Source: Nannocystis pusilla
Lineage (GTDB): Bacteria; Myxococcota_A; Polyangia; Nannocystales; Nannocystaceae
Assembly: GCF_020073745.1 (NCBI RefSeq)
Contig: NZ_JAIRAU010000047.1
Location: 285,990-349,989, forward strand
DNA length: 64,000 nucleotides
Direction: 5' to 3'
The notes beneath the pieces were generated by a model. The model saw nothing but the letters and a program-made list of their open reading frames with translations, was not told where the DNA came from and did no database searches. Each line of letters starts with the position of its first letter. The stretch's first letter is position 1. This document shows, piece by piece, positions 29,358 to 40,273 of this stretch. A program made the position numbers and the translations under genes.

Positions 29358-30722
29358 GTGTCCGCCCGCACGCTCCTCGCCGCCGCCTCCCTCGCCCTGC
29401 TCGCCCTGGCGCCCGCGTCGGTCCGCGGCGGCGAGTCGAGCGCCGAGCGCCTGCACCGCAAGGGCGTGCACTGCATGGAGGAGATCGAGCGCCGCGACTG
29501 CGCGATCGAGCACTTCGAGGAGCTGCTCGACGAGCGCACCGATCGCCGCGAGCTCGTCACCGACGGCCTCCTGCGCCTCGTCAAGCTGTACGAGAAAGAG
29601 GATCGACCCGAGGACCTCAAGGCCGCGCTGCGCCGCTTCTGGGACGCCGGCAAGACCGACACCCGCCGCGGCCACCTGCCCTACACCGCCCGCTTCCTGC
29701 CGAAGGACTTCGACGTCGTCTTCCACGCCCACATGCAGCGCCTCATGGCCGCGCCGCTGGCCAAGCAGCTCGACGAGATCGCCGAGTACGTCATGACCTG
29801 CGACCCGCACGTGCGCGCCCAGCTCGACGACGTCCGGATCCTCCGCAAGGCCCAGCGCAAGGCCCGAGAGACAGGTGTGACTGTCCAAAAGGCCATGTCG
29901 GACGTCGTCGCCGAGGAGCACAAGCGGACCGAGGCGTACAAGAAGCGGCGCGCCCAGGCCGAGGCCGAGGGGCGGCCGCGCCGGCCCGAGCCGGTGTTCG
30001 CCGACGCCACCTGCCAGGTCGCGCGCGCCCTCGGCGACGACACCGCGGCGGTCTGGACCCGCGGCGCGTTCGCCCTCGCGCACGGCGACTTCACCCGCTC
30101 CGCCGCGATCATCGAGATCCCCGACCTCCCCGCCAAGCTCGAGGCCGCGGTCGCCGCCGGCCGCCTGCTCCCGCGCGGCGAACGGGCCTATGCGCTCACG
30201 CCGCTGCGCTACCAGAACGGCGAGGTGCTGCTGCGCGTGCTCGACGGCGGCGAGCTGGTCGTCGCGCCGCCGGGCGTCATGAACGAGATCGCCGCCAACT
30301 ACGCCCGCGGCAAGCGCACGCTGCCCCGCGAGGTCGACCGCCTCGTCGTCGGCGTGCCCGTCGACGCCGGCTTCTTCGCCGTCGCCACCGAGGCCGCCGT
30401 CCGCGAGCTCGGCTTCGGCGGCATGTCGAAGGGCCGCCGCGGCCTGCTCCAGCTGCTGCTGCCGCGCCCCGAGGGCCTGCAGATGGCCGGCGTGGCCCAC
30501 GAGTACTTCGGCTTCTTCCTCCGCATGCCGACCGACACCCCGCTCAAGGCCGGCGCGCTCGTCGAGGTCGTCCAGCGGATGATCGCCAACCAGGCCGAGG
30601 CCGACTCCGAGAGCGCCGACTTCCTGCGCCTGCTCGACGTGACTCAAGCCACGGACAAGCGCGCGCTCCTCCTGTCGTACGTCATGTCGCGCCGGCAGAT
30701 CGAGACGATCGTGCTGCGCTGA
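29358..30722 (+). CDS. hypothetical secreted protein
   Basis: 454 aa. Signal peptide 'LLAAASLALLALAPASVRG'. No catalytic motif recognised. Confidence 0.45.
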   Translation: MSARTLLAAASLALLALAPASVRGGESSAERLHRKGVHCMEEIERRDCAIEHFEELLDERTDRRELVTDGLLRLVKLYEKEDRPEDLKAALRRFWDAGKTDTRRGHLPYTARFLPKDFDVVFHAHMQRLMAAPLAKQLDEIAEYVMTCDPHVRAQLDDVRILRKAQRKARETGVTVQKAMSDVVAEEHKRTEAYKKRRAQAEAEGRPRRPEPVFADATCQVARALGDDTAAVWTRGAFALAHGDFTRSAAIIEIPDLPAKLEAAVAAGRLLPRGERAYALTPLRYQNGEVLLRVLDGGELVVAPPGVMNEIAANYARGKRTLPREVDRLVVGVPVDAGFFAVATEAAVRELGFGGMSKGRRGLLQLLLPRPEGLQMAGVAHEYFGFFLRMPTDTPLKAGALVEVVQRMIANQAEADSESADFLRLLDVTQATDKRALLLSYVMSRRQIETIVLR

Positions 30723-30732
30723 GCGGCGAGGC

Positions 30733-32445
30733 GTGGCAGTCTTGTCCCCCGTGGCGACCCCCCTGTCGGCCCTCTCGCTGATCGCCTGGCTCGCGCTCGC
30801 CGGCGCGGCGCCTGGCGGTCCGCGCATGTCCCTCGGCGCAGGTCCTGACGGCCAGGTGCGTTCGGGCATGTCCGAAAGTCCAGGCCCTCTGCTGGCCCTC
30901 GCGCCGGCCCGCGGCGGCAAGGCCAAGCCCCCCGCGCCCGAGCCCGCGCCGGCCCCCGCGCCGACCTACGGCCCCGAGCAGGCCCGCGCCGACATCGAGC
31001 TCGTGCTGACCGGCCGCGGCCAAGACTACCTGCAGGCCCGCGCGCGGCTCGAGCAGCACCCGACCGTCGCCGCGCCGCTGGTCACCGCGCGCATGACCGC
31101 CACGCCCGCGCCCACCGCGGTCGAGCAGCGCCGCCTGCTCGCTCTGCTCGGCGGCATCGCCCGCCCCGAAGACGTCCCGCTGTTCGCCGACGCCATGCGC
31201 CGCGACGTCGCCGCCGCGGTCAAGCAGTCGCAGGAGCAGGGCATCGAGCTGCCGGCCGCCGAACCGTGGCGCGAGATCTTGCGCGCCCAGGGCCCGGCGG
31301 CCGCGCCCGCGCTCACCGGGCTCGTGGCCGAGAAGTCGTTCAGCGAGGAGCTGCGCGGCCTCTTGCTCGCCGACCTCGTCGCCGTCACGCCGGCCGACAA
31401 GCTGCCCGAGCTCGTCGCGCTGGTCGGCCTCGGCACGCCGAGCCTGCGCGCCGCGCTGCGCCAGGCGATCGCCCGGCGCGCGCACGCGTCCGCCGGCGAG
31501 CGGGCCCAGCTCGTGCAGGTCGTCGACGCCGCGATCGAGGCCGGCGAACCGGCGCGCCTGCCCGGCCTCGTGCTGCTGCGCGCCGCGATCGGCGGCAGCG
31601 ACGACGCTCCGTTCACCCGGCGCGCGGCCGCCCTCGCCGAGGACGCCGCCGCCGAGTTCGCCGCCCGCGTCGCCGCGCTCCGCGTGCTCGTCGCCCGTCG
31701 TAGCGACCCCGCGGCGCAGACGGTGCTCGCGCGCCTCGCCGAGCAGCACCTGCCCGCCGACAAGCGCGTCGAGCTGCGCAGCGAGATCCTCGGCAGCCTC
31801 GCCCTCGCCGGGCTCGAGCCCGGCCCTGCCGCCGCCGTCGTCGACCGCCTGCAGCTCACCGGCGCCGACGCGCCGCGGGTCGCCGTCGCGGCCTTCTCCG
31901 TCGCCACCCTGCCGGCCGACGGCGCCTGGCTCGACGTCAGCCAGCGCCACGCCTGGCCCGAGGTCCGCGCCGCCGCGCTCGCCCGCGTCGACGGCCCGTG
32001 CTCCGCGGGCGTCCTCCGCCGGCTGCGCGACGGCACCAGCACCTCCGGCAACACCTTCGAGGCCGACGCCGCCGTCGCGCGCGAGGTCATCGCCGCGCTC
32101 GGCCGCTGCGGCGGTCCCGACGCCTTCGCCGCGCTGCAGGCCGTGGTCGTCAGCGCCGAGCAAAACGTCGACCGGCGGGCCGAGGCCGCGCGCCAGCTCG
32201 TCGACCGCCACGGCAGCGCCGGCGCCGACGTCGTCGCCGCCGTGCTGCGCAGCACCGACGACCTCGCGGTCGCGCTCCGCCTCGTGCGCGCCCTGCAGCG
32301 CTACGCCGACGACGAGGCGGCCCCCTCCGACGACGTGCGCACGGCCCTGTGCGCCGCGAGCAAGCGCCAGGAGCTGGCCACGATCGCCCAGCGGGCCGTC
32401 CGCGGCCTGTTCCCCGACCTCGACGACCCCTGCGCGGGCAACTGA
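30733..32445 (+). CDS. hypothetical protein, probable HEAT/ARM-like helical repeat protein
   Basis: 570 aa, Ala/Leu/Arg-rich with repeated helical hairpins. The N-terminal 50 aa are encoded by a 5-unit 14-bp phased palindromic array, so the true start may be the internal ATG at about 30866. Confidence 0.4.
   Translation: MAVLSPVATPLSALSLIAWLALAGAAPGGPRMSLGAGPDGQVRSGMSESPGPLLALAPARGGKAKPPAPEPAPAPAPTYGPEQARADIELVLTGRGQDYLQARARLEQHPTVAAPLVTARMTATPAPTAVEQRRLLALLGGIARPEDVPLFADAMRRDVAAAVKQSQEQGIELPAAEPWREILRAQGPAAAPALTGLVAEKSFSEELRGLLLADLVAVTPADKLPELVALVGLGTPSLRAALRQAIARRAHASAGERAQLVQVVDAAIEAGEPARLPGLVLLRAAIGGSDDAPFTRRAAALAEDAAAEFAARVAALRVLVARRSDPAAQTVLARLAEQHLPADKRVELRSEILGSLALAGLEPGPAAAVVDRLQLTGADAPRVAVAAFSVATLPADGAWLDVSQRHAWPEVRAAALARVDGPCSAGVLRRLRDGTSTSGNTFEADAAVAREVIAALGRCGGPDAFAALQAVVVSAEQNVDRRAEAARQLVDRHGSAGADVVAAVLRSTDDLAVALRLVRALQRYADDEAAPSDDVRTALCAASKRQELATIAQRAVRGLFPDLDDPCAGN
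30821..30885. repeat. five-unit 14-bp phased array (CATGTCC / CAGGTCC / CAGGTGC / CATGTCC / CAGGCCC) at the 5' end of the HEAT-like gene
   Basis: Cores at 30824, 30838, 30852, 30866 and 30881. Confidence 0.8.
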
Positions 32446-32447
32446 CG

Positions 32448-33728
32448 ATGGCCACCGACAAGCCCAGGCTCCGCAAGGTCGAGCGCATGGCGCTGCAGCG
32501 CGGCGACGAGGCGCTGATCGTCCTGCGCGACCCGACCGGTCTCAGCGAGCAGGTCGCCTTCCCCCAGGAGGCCTCCGTCATCCTCGACGCGCTCGACGGC
32601 CAGCGCACCGTGCCGCAGCTGCGCCAGTCGCTGGCGATGCGCGGCATCATCGACATCCCGCTCGCCGACCTCGAGGCGCTGGTGCGCGACCTCGAGAGCG
32701 CCGGCTACCTCGACGACGACGCCTTCCGCGCCCGCTGGGAGGCCATCCACCGCGAGTTCCTCGCCAACCCGGTCAGGCGGCCGCGCTGGGCCGGCCTGCT
32801 CTACCCCGACGACCCGGTTGCCCTCGCCGCCGCCCTGGCCGCCGCACTACCTGACCCTTCGGCCAGGCTCGCCGACACCAGCGACACCCTCGGCGTGCTC
32901 CTGCCGCACCAGCCGCTGCCGGGCACCGGCGCCGCCCCGCCCGAGGCCGCCGTCCACGCCGCCGCCGGCCTCGGCGACGAGGTCCTGCGCGGCCTGCCGC
33001 GCGCCCGCGACATCGACCTCGTCGTCGTCCTCGGCACCGACTACCACCCCGGCCTGCAGCCGTTCGTCATCACCGACAAGCGCTACGCCACCCCGCGCGG
33101 CGAGCTGGCCAGCGACCCGGCGCTGGTCCGCGCGCTCGACCGCCGCCTGCCGTGGATCCGGCGCGAGGAGATCCGCCACCGCGAGGCGCTGAGCCTCGAG
33201 CTCGCCGCGGCTGTCCTTCAGCACCTGTACGATGGAGCATGTCCTCCGGTACTCCCGGTGCTGTGCGGGCCCGGCGCGATCGAGCTCGACGACGGCGGCC
33301 CGGTCGAGGGCTTCCTCGCCACCATGGAGCATGTCCTCGAGGACAGGCGCGTGCTCTGGTGGGTGACCGCCGAGCTCGGCCACGAGGGGCCGGCCTACGG
33401 GCGCGCGCCGCTGACGCGGGAGCGGGCCGCCGCCCTCGTGGCCCGCGATCGGGCCTGCCTGGCCGCTCTGGCCGACGCGCGGCCCGAGCAGCTGGAGCGC
33501 TGCTGCAAGGGCGTCCCGGGCCTCGACCCGCCGAGCGGCACCGCGGCCCTCGTCACCGCTGCGCGTCTGTTCCCTGTCGGCTACGGGGCCGACCTCGTCG
33601 CCTACGCCTCCGGCCGCCCGGTCGGTCCCGACGACGGGTGGGTCGGCCTCGGCGGGGTCCGCTTCACGCGGCCCGTCGACCTCGGCGACGACGACGACTT
33701 CAGACCCGCGAGCCTGCGAGCCTCATGA
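32448..33728 (+). CDS. fusion protein: N-terminal PqqD-like RRE domain and MEMO1-family domain
   Basis: 426 aa. N-terminal 'ALIVLRDPTGLSEQVAFPQEASVILDALDGQRTVPQLRQSL...LVRDLESAGYL' fits the PqqD/RiPP-recognition-element pattern. The C-terminal part aligns to MEMO1/AmmeMemoRadiSam-B landmarks ('LLPHQPLPGTG', 'VVLGTDYH', 'YATPRGEL', 'WWVTAELGHEG'). Confidence 0.5.
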   Translation: MATDKPRLRKVERMALQRGDEALIVLRDPTGLSEQVAFPQEASVILDALDGQRTVPQLRQSLAMRGIIDIPLADLEALVRDLESAGYLDDDAFRARWEAIHREFLANPVRRPRWAGLLYPDDPVALAAALAAALPDPSARLADTSDTLGVLLPHQPLPGTGAAPPEAAVHAAAGLGDEVLRGLPRARDIDLVVVLGTDYHPGLQPFVITDKRYATPRGELASDPALVRALDRRLPWIRREEIRHREALSLELAAAVLQHLYDGACPPVLPVLCGPGAIELDDGGPVEGFLATMEHVLEDRRVLWWVTAELGHEGPAYGRAPLTRERAAALVARDRACLAALADARPEQLERCCKGVPGLDPPSGTAALVTAARLFPVGYGADLVAYASGRPVGPDDGWVGLGGVRFTRPVDLGDDDDFRPASLRAS

Positions 33729-34292
33729 TCTGCTCGACGGCCTGCTCGACCGTCAGCGGGATCCGGCCCTGCGGGTCGACCGACGCCTGGGCCGCCAGCC
33801 CGTAGATCACGGCGATGATGCCGCGGGCCACCACCTGCGGGTCCCCGGCCAGCACGCCCTGCTCGACGCCGCGGCGCACGATCTCGGCGTAGGCCGTGCG
33901 CATCTCGGCGAACGTCTTCTCGAGCTTCTCGCGGTACTCCTGGATCTGGCCCGACATCGTCACCAGCAAGTTGCAGAGCTTGGCCTCGTCGCCGTGCTCC
34001 ACGAACAGGCGGAGGTGGTTGCTCGCCACCTGCGCGAGCGCCCGGTCGGCCGGCAGGTCCGGCGGGATGTCCGCCGCCCAGCGCTCTTGCAGGGCCAGGA
34101 GCTGCGCGTCCAGGATGTCGTGGAACAGCGACTCTTTGGCCTTGTAGTGGAAGTAAACCCCGCCCTTGCTGAGGCCGGCGTCGCGGGCGATGTCCAGGAG
34201 CCGCGTCGAGGAGTAGCCGCGGCGCACGAAGCACCGCGTCGCCGCAGCCCTGATCTGCTGCTTGCGCTGGTCGTCGATCTTCTGGCGTGTCA
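33700..34292 (-). CDS. TetR family transcriptional regulator
   Basis: About 197 aa from ATG 34292 (MTRQKIDDQRKQQIRAAATRCFVRRGYSSTRLLDIARDAGLSKGGVYFHYKAKE). Classic TetR HTH. Its 3' end overlaps the convergent upstream gene. Confidence 0.75.
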
Positions 34293-34617
34293 TCGCTGCT
34301 CCCCACCCTCCCGGCGCCTGGCCAGCGCCCCCGGCCTCCACGCTAACGGAGACCCCCACCGGTCTGTAAAGCCGCCTCGCACCCTCACAGACGACGGGTG
34401 ATAATGGCCCTCTCGCCGCGAACGGCCGCGTAGAGGTGGCCAGGCCGCCGGATCGGCCCCGCCGCGGCGCGCGGGCGGTATCGGCCCTCGCACGCGTCGA
34501 TCTCCGTCGCCGTGAGCTCCCTGCTGGCGGGCGATGCCGCCCCGCGCGAGGCTACCCCTTGGCCAGACCCCCTCCTGAATAAGACACTAAGTCGCGCGTC
34601 CTGGACGCCGAGGTTTT

Positions 34618-35178
34618 ATGCGCAAGCTCCTTCCGGTCTTCATGGCCCTCGCCTTCTCGCTGCCCGCCTGCTCCTTCTCGTATTCGTCGTCGAGCCGCTC
34701 CGGAACGGCGCCCGGCACCACCGACGGGACGAAGAGCGGCAAGGGCAAGCCGGCGCGCCAGGCCGCGGTCGACACGTCGAGCACACCTGCTCCGGCGCCC
34801 GCTGCCAAGCCCACCCCCAAGCCCGCCCCCGAGCCCGAGCCCGCCGCCACCACTCCCGAGCCCGCGCCGGAGCCGACCGAAGAGCCCACGCCCGGCCGCG
34901 CCACCGATCCCAAGCCGGGCCGCGCCGAGCCCAAGCCGGGCCGCGCCACCGAGCCCGCGTCGGCCCGCCTCGTCGACCCCGCGACCCAGCCCACCCCGCG
35001 TGACGACCCGCAGCAGGCCGGCCTCAGCCTCACCGCCGGCGAGTCCAAGCCCAAGCCCAAGACCAGCACCATCTCCAACGGCGGCGCGGCGCCGAAGGGC
35101 AAGCCCGGCACCCTGACCGGCACCCCCAAGCCGACCGAGCCGCCCAAGCACGAGGCCAAGCTGGCCGCGCCGCAGTGA
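34618..35178 (+). CDS. Pro/Lys/Thr-rich lipoprotein of unknown function
   Basis: 186 aa. Lipobox 'SLPACS'. Low-complexity PAPEP/KPK repeats. Confidence 0.5.
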   Translation: MRKLLPVFMALAFSLPACSFSYSSSSRSGTAPGTTDGTKSGKGKPARQAAVDTSSTPAPAPAAKPTPKPAPEPEPAATTPEPAPEPTEEPTPGRATDPKPGRAEPKPGRATEPASARLVDPATQPTPRDDPQQAGLSLTAGESKPKPKTSTISNGGAAPKGKPGTLTGTPKPTEPPKHEAKLAAPQ

Positions 35179-35210
35179 GCCGGCGGCCCTTCGTCCGCCC
35201 TCCGTGAACC

Positions 35211-35240
35211 AAGGGCCATGACCGCGAGGTCATGGCCCTT
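35211..35240. terminator. perfect 13-bp-stem hairpin AAGGGCCATGACC-gcga-GGTCATGGCCCTT between convergent genes (candidate bidirectional terminator)
   Basis: Direct reading. It lies between the lipoprotein stop (35178) and the HU-like gene stop (35299). It is followed by imperfect direct repeats 'gggacag...caggagcgcgagccgg' at 35255-35318. Confidence 0.5.
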
Positions 35241-35298
35241 CATTCATGACCTCTGGGACAGGAGCGCGAGCCGGCTGCCATGTCCCGCGGGACAGCTC

Positions 35299-35940
35299 TC
35301 AGGAGCGCGAGCCGGTGCGCGCGTGGGCGCGGCGGCCCGGCACGTCGGCGCGCTGCATCGGCGCCGGCGGCAGCTCGAGCCGCGGGTCGGCGGGCTGGCT
35401 GCGGCGCAGCACGTCGAGCGAGACCTCGTCGAACTCGTCGTCGACGTCGTCCTCCTCGAGGTCCTCGCGCGCGGTGAAGCGGCGGCGGAGGATCAGCGCC
35501 TCGTCGGCCTCGTCGCCGAGCTCCTCCTCGTCGACCTCGTCGAGCTCGGCCGGATCGGCGCACGGCGGCTCGAGCTCGAGCTGGGCCGGGCCGGCGCGCC
35601 GCTTGCGAGCCGCGGGGGCGGACTTGCCGGCCGGGGCGTTGAGGCTCGCACGCAGCTCGACGCCCGGGCGGAAGTCGATCGTGAAGGCCGCGTCGATCGT
35701 CATGGGCTCGAGCGTCCGCGGGTTGACGCCCTTGCGAGCCGAGCGCTTCTTCTTGGTGAAGGTGCCGAAGCCGGGGAACGTGAAGCGCGGGCTCTGGGCC
35801 CGCGTCACCCTCGCCTTGACGAAGTAGGCGGCCATCTCCCCGAACGCGATCTCGAGGATCTGCTGCACGCACTTCTTCGTGATGTCCGGCGGCAGATCAC
35901 GGTTGCGTGCGATTTTTTCGATGAGTTCAGCCTTCGTCAT
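35299..35940 (-). CDS. HU/IHF-family DNA-binding protein with long charged C-terminal extension
   Basis: 213 aa. N-terminal 90 aa match the HU fold ('MTKAELIEKIA', 'GFGTFTKKKRSARKGVNPRT'). The C-terminal 120 aa form an acidic/Ala/Arg-rich tail. Confidence 0.7.
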   Translation of the reverse strand: MTKAELIEKIARNRDLPPDITKKCVQQILEIAFGEMAAYFVKARVTRAQSPRFTFPGFGTFTKKKRSARKGVNPRTLEPMTIDAAFTIDFRPGVELRASLNAPAGKSAPAARKRRAGPAQLELEPPCADPAELDEVDEEELGDEADEALILRRRFTAREDLEEDDVDDEFDEVSLDVLRRSQPADPRLELPPAPMQRADVPGRRAHARTGSRS

Positions 35941-36156
35941 CGCGTCGCCACAGAAACGTGACTGTAGAAGTGGCGACGCGAACCGTCAACTGTACTGCCG
36001 AACAGCATCCGCAGCGGACGTGACGATCATCGCTGAAAACTGGACTACAGAAATTTCACGACGCGGATCGCAAGCGGCGCGCGCGGCCCACTTCTCCACA
36101 GCTCTTCACGCGTGAAAATCCGTCGCGCATCCGGGCATTGCATGTGCATGACGCGA

Positions 36157-37788
36157 TCAACTTCGCAGCACGCGCAGCGCTCGCTCGAGGTCCGACATCA
36201 CCGTGTCGTCGGCCGGATTTCGCTGCCCCGGAGGGAGTTCACCCTCGCGTCGGATCACGTACGACGGATGATACGTGACGTGAAGTGGGATCTGCAGGCC
36301 TGCACCCGGGTCGTCGTAGGTCCAACGACGGTTGCGCATCTGTGCCAACTTCAGATCCTGATCGGTGCCGGTCAGCAACATCCCCGCGTGCCGGCCGAGC
36401 GCCACGATCACCGCGGGACGGATCGCCCGGATCTGGGCGCGCAGGAACGGCGAGCACTTCTCGATCTCGTCGGCGGCCGGTTCGCGGTTGCCGGGCGGCC
36501 GGCACTTCAGCACGTTGGCGATGTAGACCTGCTCGCGCTTCATGCCCAGGCGCTCGATCCACTGCGTCAGCCGCCGGCCGGCAGCGCCGACGAACGGCTC
36601 GCCGCGCCGATCTTCGTCCGCGCCGGGCGCCTCGCCGATGAACATCACCCGCGCGTCGGGGTCGCCGACGCCGAATACAATGTTCGTGCGGGTCTTCGAG
36701 AGCTTGCAGCGGGTGCAGTCGCCGACGTTACGGGCCCGCAAGTACTCGAGCTTCTGCGCCGGCGTCCACGCCTGAGCCTGCGCGCGTAGCGAGGCATCGC
36801 CGGCCGGGCGCGGCGCGCCCTCGGCCGCACGCGGCGGTGCCCCCTGATCCGCCAGCGGCAGGCTGACCGTCCGGGGCCGCGGCGACGGCTCCGCGGGCTG
36901 CTGGTGGACCGTGCGAGCGCGCGGCGGCTCCGCGGGCGCGCGCGAACGCGGTGCATCTTGCGGCGGCGGCTCCCAGTCTGCAGGGCCCCGCTGCGTGCGC
37001 CCTCGCGTCGTCTCCTGCGGCGACGACTCGCGGTCTGCATGGCCCCGCTGCGCGCGCCCTCGCGTCGTCTCCTGCGACGACGCCTCCCGGTCTGCAGGGC
37101 CCGGCTGCGCGCGCCCTCGCGTCGGCTCGTGCGGCGACGGCTCCCGGTGTGCAGGGCCGGGCTGCGCGCGCCCGCGTGTCGTCTCCTGCTGCGACGACTC
37201 CCAGTCTCCGGAGCCCGACTGCGCGCGCCCGCGTGTCGTCTCCTGCGGCGGCCACGGCTCCCAGTCTCCGGGGTCCGGCTGCGCGCGCTCTCGCGTCGTC
37301 TCCTGCGGCGACGGCTCCCAGTCATCCGGGCCCGGCTGCGCTCGACCGCGTGGCGTCTCTTGCGGCAGCGACGGCTCCCAGTCCTCGGGGCCCGGCTGCG
37401 CGCGCCCTCGCGTCGTCTCCTGCGACGGCTCCCAGTCCGCCGGGCCCGGCTGCGCGCGCCCTCGCTTCGTCTCCTGCGGCGGCGGCCCCGAGGCCGCGCC
37501 CGGCTGTGTGCGCGCTCGCGGCTCGGGATCGCGGGCGGATCTGGCCTGGTCTTCGGGCCATGTCGGCGCGCGCGCCCCCGCGGCGGTGCGCTCGGTCGCC
37601 TGTCCGGACGGCCAGGTGCTGTCCGGCGCCGGCGATCGCTCCTCGGGCGCGGAGATCGGCGCGCTCGCGCGACGCGGAGAGGCCGCGGCGGACACGTACG
37701 CCAGACCGCGGAACTCCCGGAGGTGACGCAGGTGGGCGGCGAACTGAACCGCCAGCCGCCGGGTCGCGTCGCGTCGATCGCCTTCCAC
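36157..37788 (-). CDS. family-4 uracil-DNA glycosylase with N-terminal tandem-repeat extension
   Basis: The C-terminal 200 aa carry UDG-4 motifs: '[20 protein letters not shown]', '[13 protein letters not shown]', 'HPSYVIR', and a 4Fe-4S Cys cluster 'CTRCKL'. The N-terminal 330 aa form an in-frame Pro/Arg-rich repeat tract. The start codon is uncertain. Confidence 0.65.
   Translation of the reverse strand: MEGDRRDATRRLAVQFAAHLRHLREFRGLAYVSAAASPRRASAPISAPEERSPAPDSTWPSGQATERTAAGARAPTWPEDQARSARDPEPRARTQPGAASGPPPQETKRGRAQPGPADWEPSQETTRGRAQPGPEDWEPSLPQETPRGRAQPGPDDWEPSPQETTRERAQPDPGDWEPWPPQETTRGRAQSGSGDWESSQQETTRGRAQPGPAHREPSPHEPTRGRAQPGPADREASSQETTRGRAQRGHADRESSPQETTRGRTQRGPADWEPPPQDAPRSRAPAEPPRARTVHQQPAEPSPRPRTVSLPLADQGAPPRAAEGAPRPAGDASLRAQAQAWTPAQKLEYLRARNVGDCTRCKLSKTRTNIVFGVGDPDARVMFIGEAPGADEDRRGEPFVGAAGRRLTQWIERLGMKREQVYIANVLKCRPPGNREPAADEIEKCSPFLRAQIRAIRPAVIVALGRHAGMLLTGTDQDLKLAQMRNRRWTYDDPGAGLQIPLHVTYHPSYVIRREGELPPGQRNPADDTVMSDLERALRVLRS
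36960..37500. repeat. about 9 tandem copies of a roughly 57-60 bp repeat (19-20 aa unit '[19 protein letters not shown]') inside the UDG N-terminal extension
   Basis: Direct reading: 'ggctcccagtc[tc]...gggcccggctgcgcgcgccctcgcgtcgtctcctgcg' recurs head-to-tail. The peptide repeat is visible in the ORF translation. Confidence 0.8.
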
Positions 37789-37802
37789 CGCGAGATCCTC
37801 CG

Positions 37803-39108
37803 TCAGTTCGTCGCCGCCAGCGCGTCGAGCAGCCAGGCCGCCAGCGCCGCCTTGGCGATCGGCGGGCCCGACGCGCGCACGGCGATCGCGTCGCCGTCGC
37901 GCGCCAGCAACAGGCCGGCGTTGGTCGCCGACGCGAAGCCGACCCCGGGCGCGCCGACGCGGTTGACGAAGATCGCGTCGGCGCCCTTGGCCCGCAGCTT
38001 GGCCGAGCCGAGCCGGATCAGCTCCTGCTGCAACCTGTCCTCGGGGCCATCCTCGACCGTCTGCGCGGCGAACCCGAGGAAGCGCGAGCGCGGGGCGCCC
38101 GGCGCCGCGCCGCGGCCGAAGCGGACCGTGAGCGCGGCGAGGATGTCGGGCGCGGCCCGCCAGGCGAGCGTCGGCAGCGTCGCCAGCAGCTCGGCCTTCT
38201 CGAGCTTGCGCGCGGCGCCGCCGTCGATCTCGAGGTCTTGCACCGCCGCGACCATGGCCACCCAGTCACATGGCCCTTGAGACAGCTCGTTCTCCAGCGC
38301 CGCCTGCATCTCGGCCGCGGTCTCGACGTCGACGCGGCGCACCCCCGCCGGCGTGGCCAGCTCGACCGGTCCGGCCACCAGCGTCACCGCGGCGCCGGCG
38401 CGCTGGGCCGCCTCGGCCAGCGCGAAGCCCATCGCCCCGGTCGACGCGTTGGTGACGAAGCGGACCGGATCGATGTACGTGCGCGTCGGCCCGGCCGACA
38501 CCAGCACGCGCTTGCCCGCCCACGGCCCGCGGCCGACGCCGAGCCGCGCCAGCGCGGCGGCGACGATCAGCGGCGGGTCGATCATGCGGCCCTCGCCGAT
38601 CCACCCGCACGCCAGCTGCCCGCGATCGGGCCCGACGAACTCGGCCCCGCGGGCGCGCAGTGTCGCCAGGTTGTCCTGCGTGGCCGGGTGGCGCCACATG
38701 TTCGTGTTCATCGCCGGCGCCCACAGCACCGGCGCGCGCGTGGCCAGCAGCACCGTCGCGGCGAGGTCGTTCGCCAGGCCGTGGGTCGCGCGCGCCAGCA
38801 GGTCGGCGGTGGCCGGCGCGACGACCACCAGGTCGGGCCAGTCGGCGAGCTCGATGTGGCCGACGTGGCCCTCCTCCTCCGGGTCGAGCAGGCGCGTGCG
38901 CACCGGCCGGGTCGACACCGTCGCCAGCGACAGCGCGCTGACGAACGCCTCCGCCGCCGGCGTCATCACCACCTGGACCTCGCAACCGGCGGCGACGAAC
39001 GCCCGCACCAATTCCGGCGCCTTGTAGGCCGCGATCCCGCCGCTGACGATCAGCAGGACGCGACGGCCCCGCGGACGTGTCCCATGGGACATGTCCGTGG
39101 CACCAGCC

Positions 39109-39116
<8 letters not shown>
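37803..39116 (-). CDS. coaBC: bifunctional phosphopantothenoylcysteine decarboxylase/phosphopantothenate-cysteine ligase CoaBC
   Basis: 437 aa. Flavoprotein N-terminus '[20 protein letters not shown]' and 'PAMNTNMW'. C-terminal CoaB ligase domain. An alternative start at the ATG inside a palindromic unit at about 39092 would remove the overlap with ribBA. Confidence 0.85.
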
Positions 39117-40270
<1,154 letters not shown>

Positions 40271-40273
40271 TCT

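Noticed and set aside
36112-37325. Plus-strand ORFs overlapping the UDG repeat region (36112..36789, 36904..38280, 36911..37726).
   Set aside because: They are antisense or alternate-frame readings of the same GC-rich tandem repeat and have Arg-rich nonsense composition. The minus-strand frame carries the recognisable UDG-4 domain.
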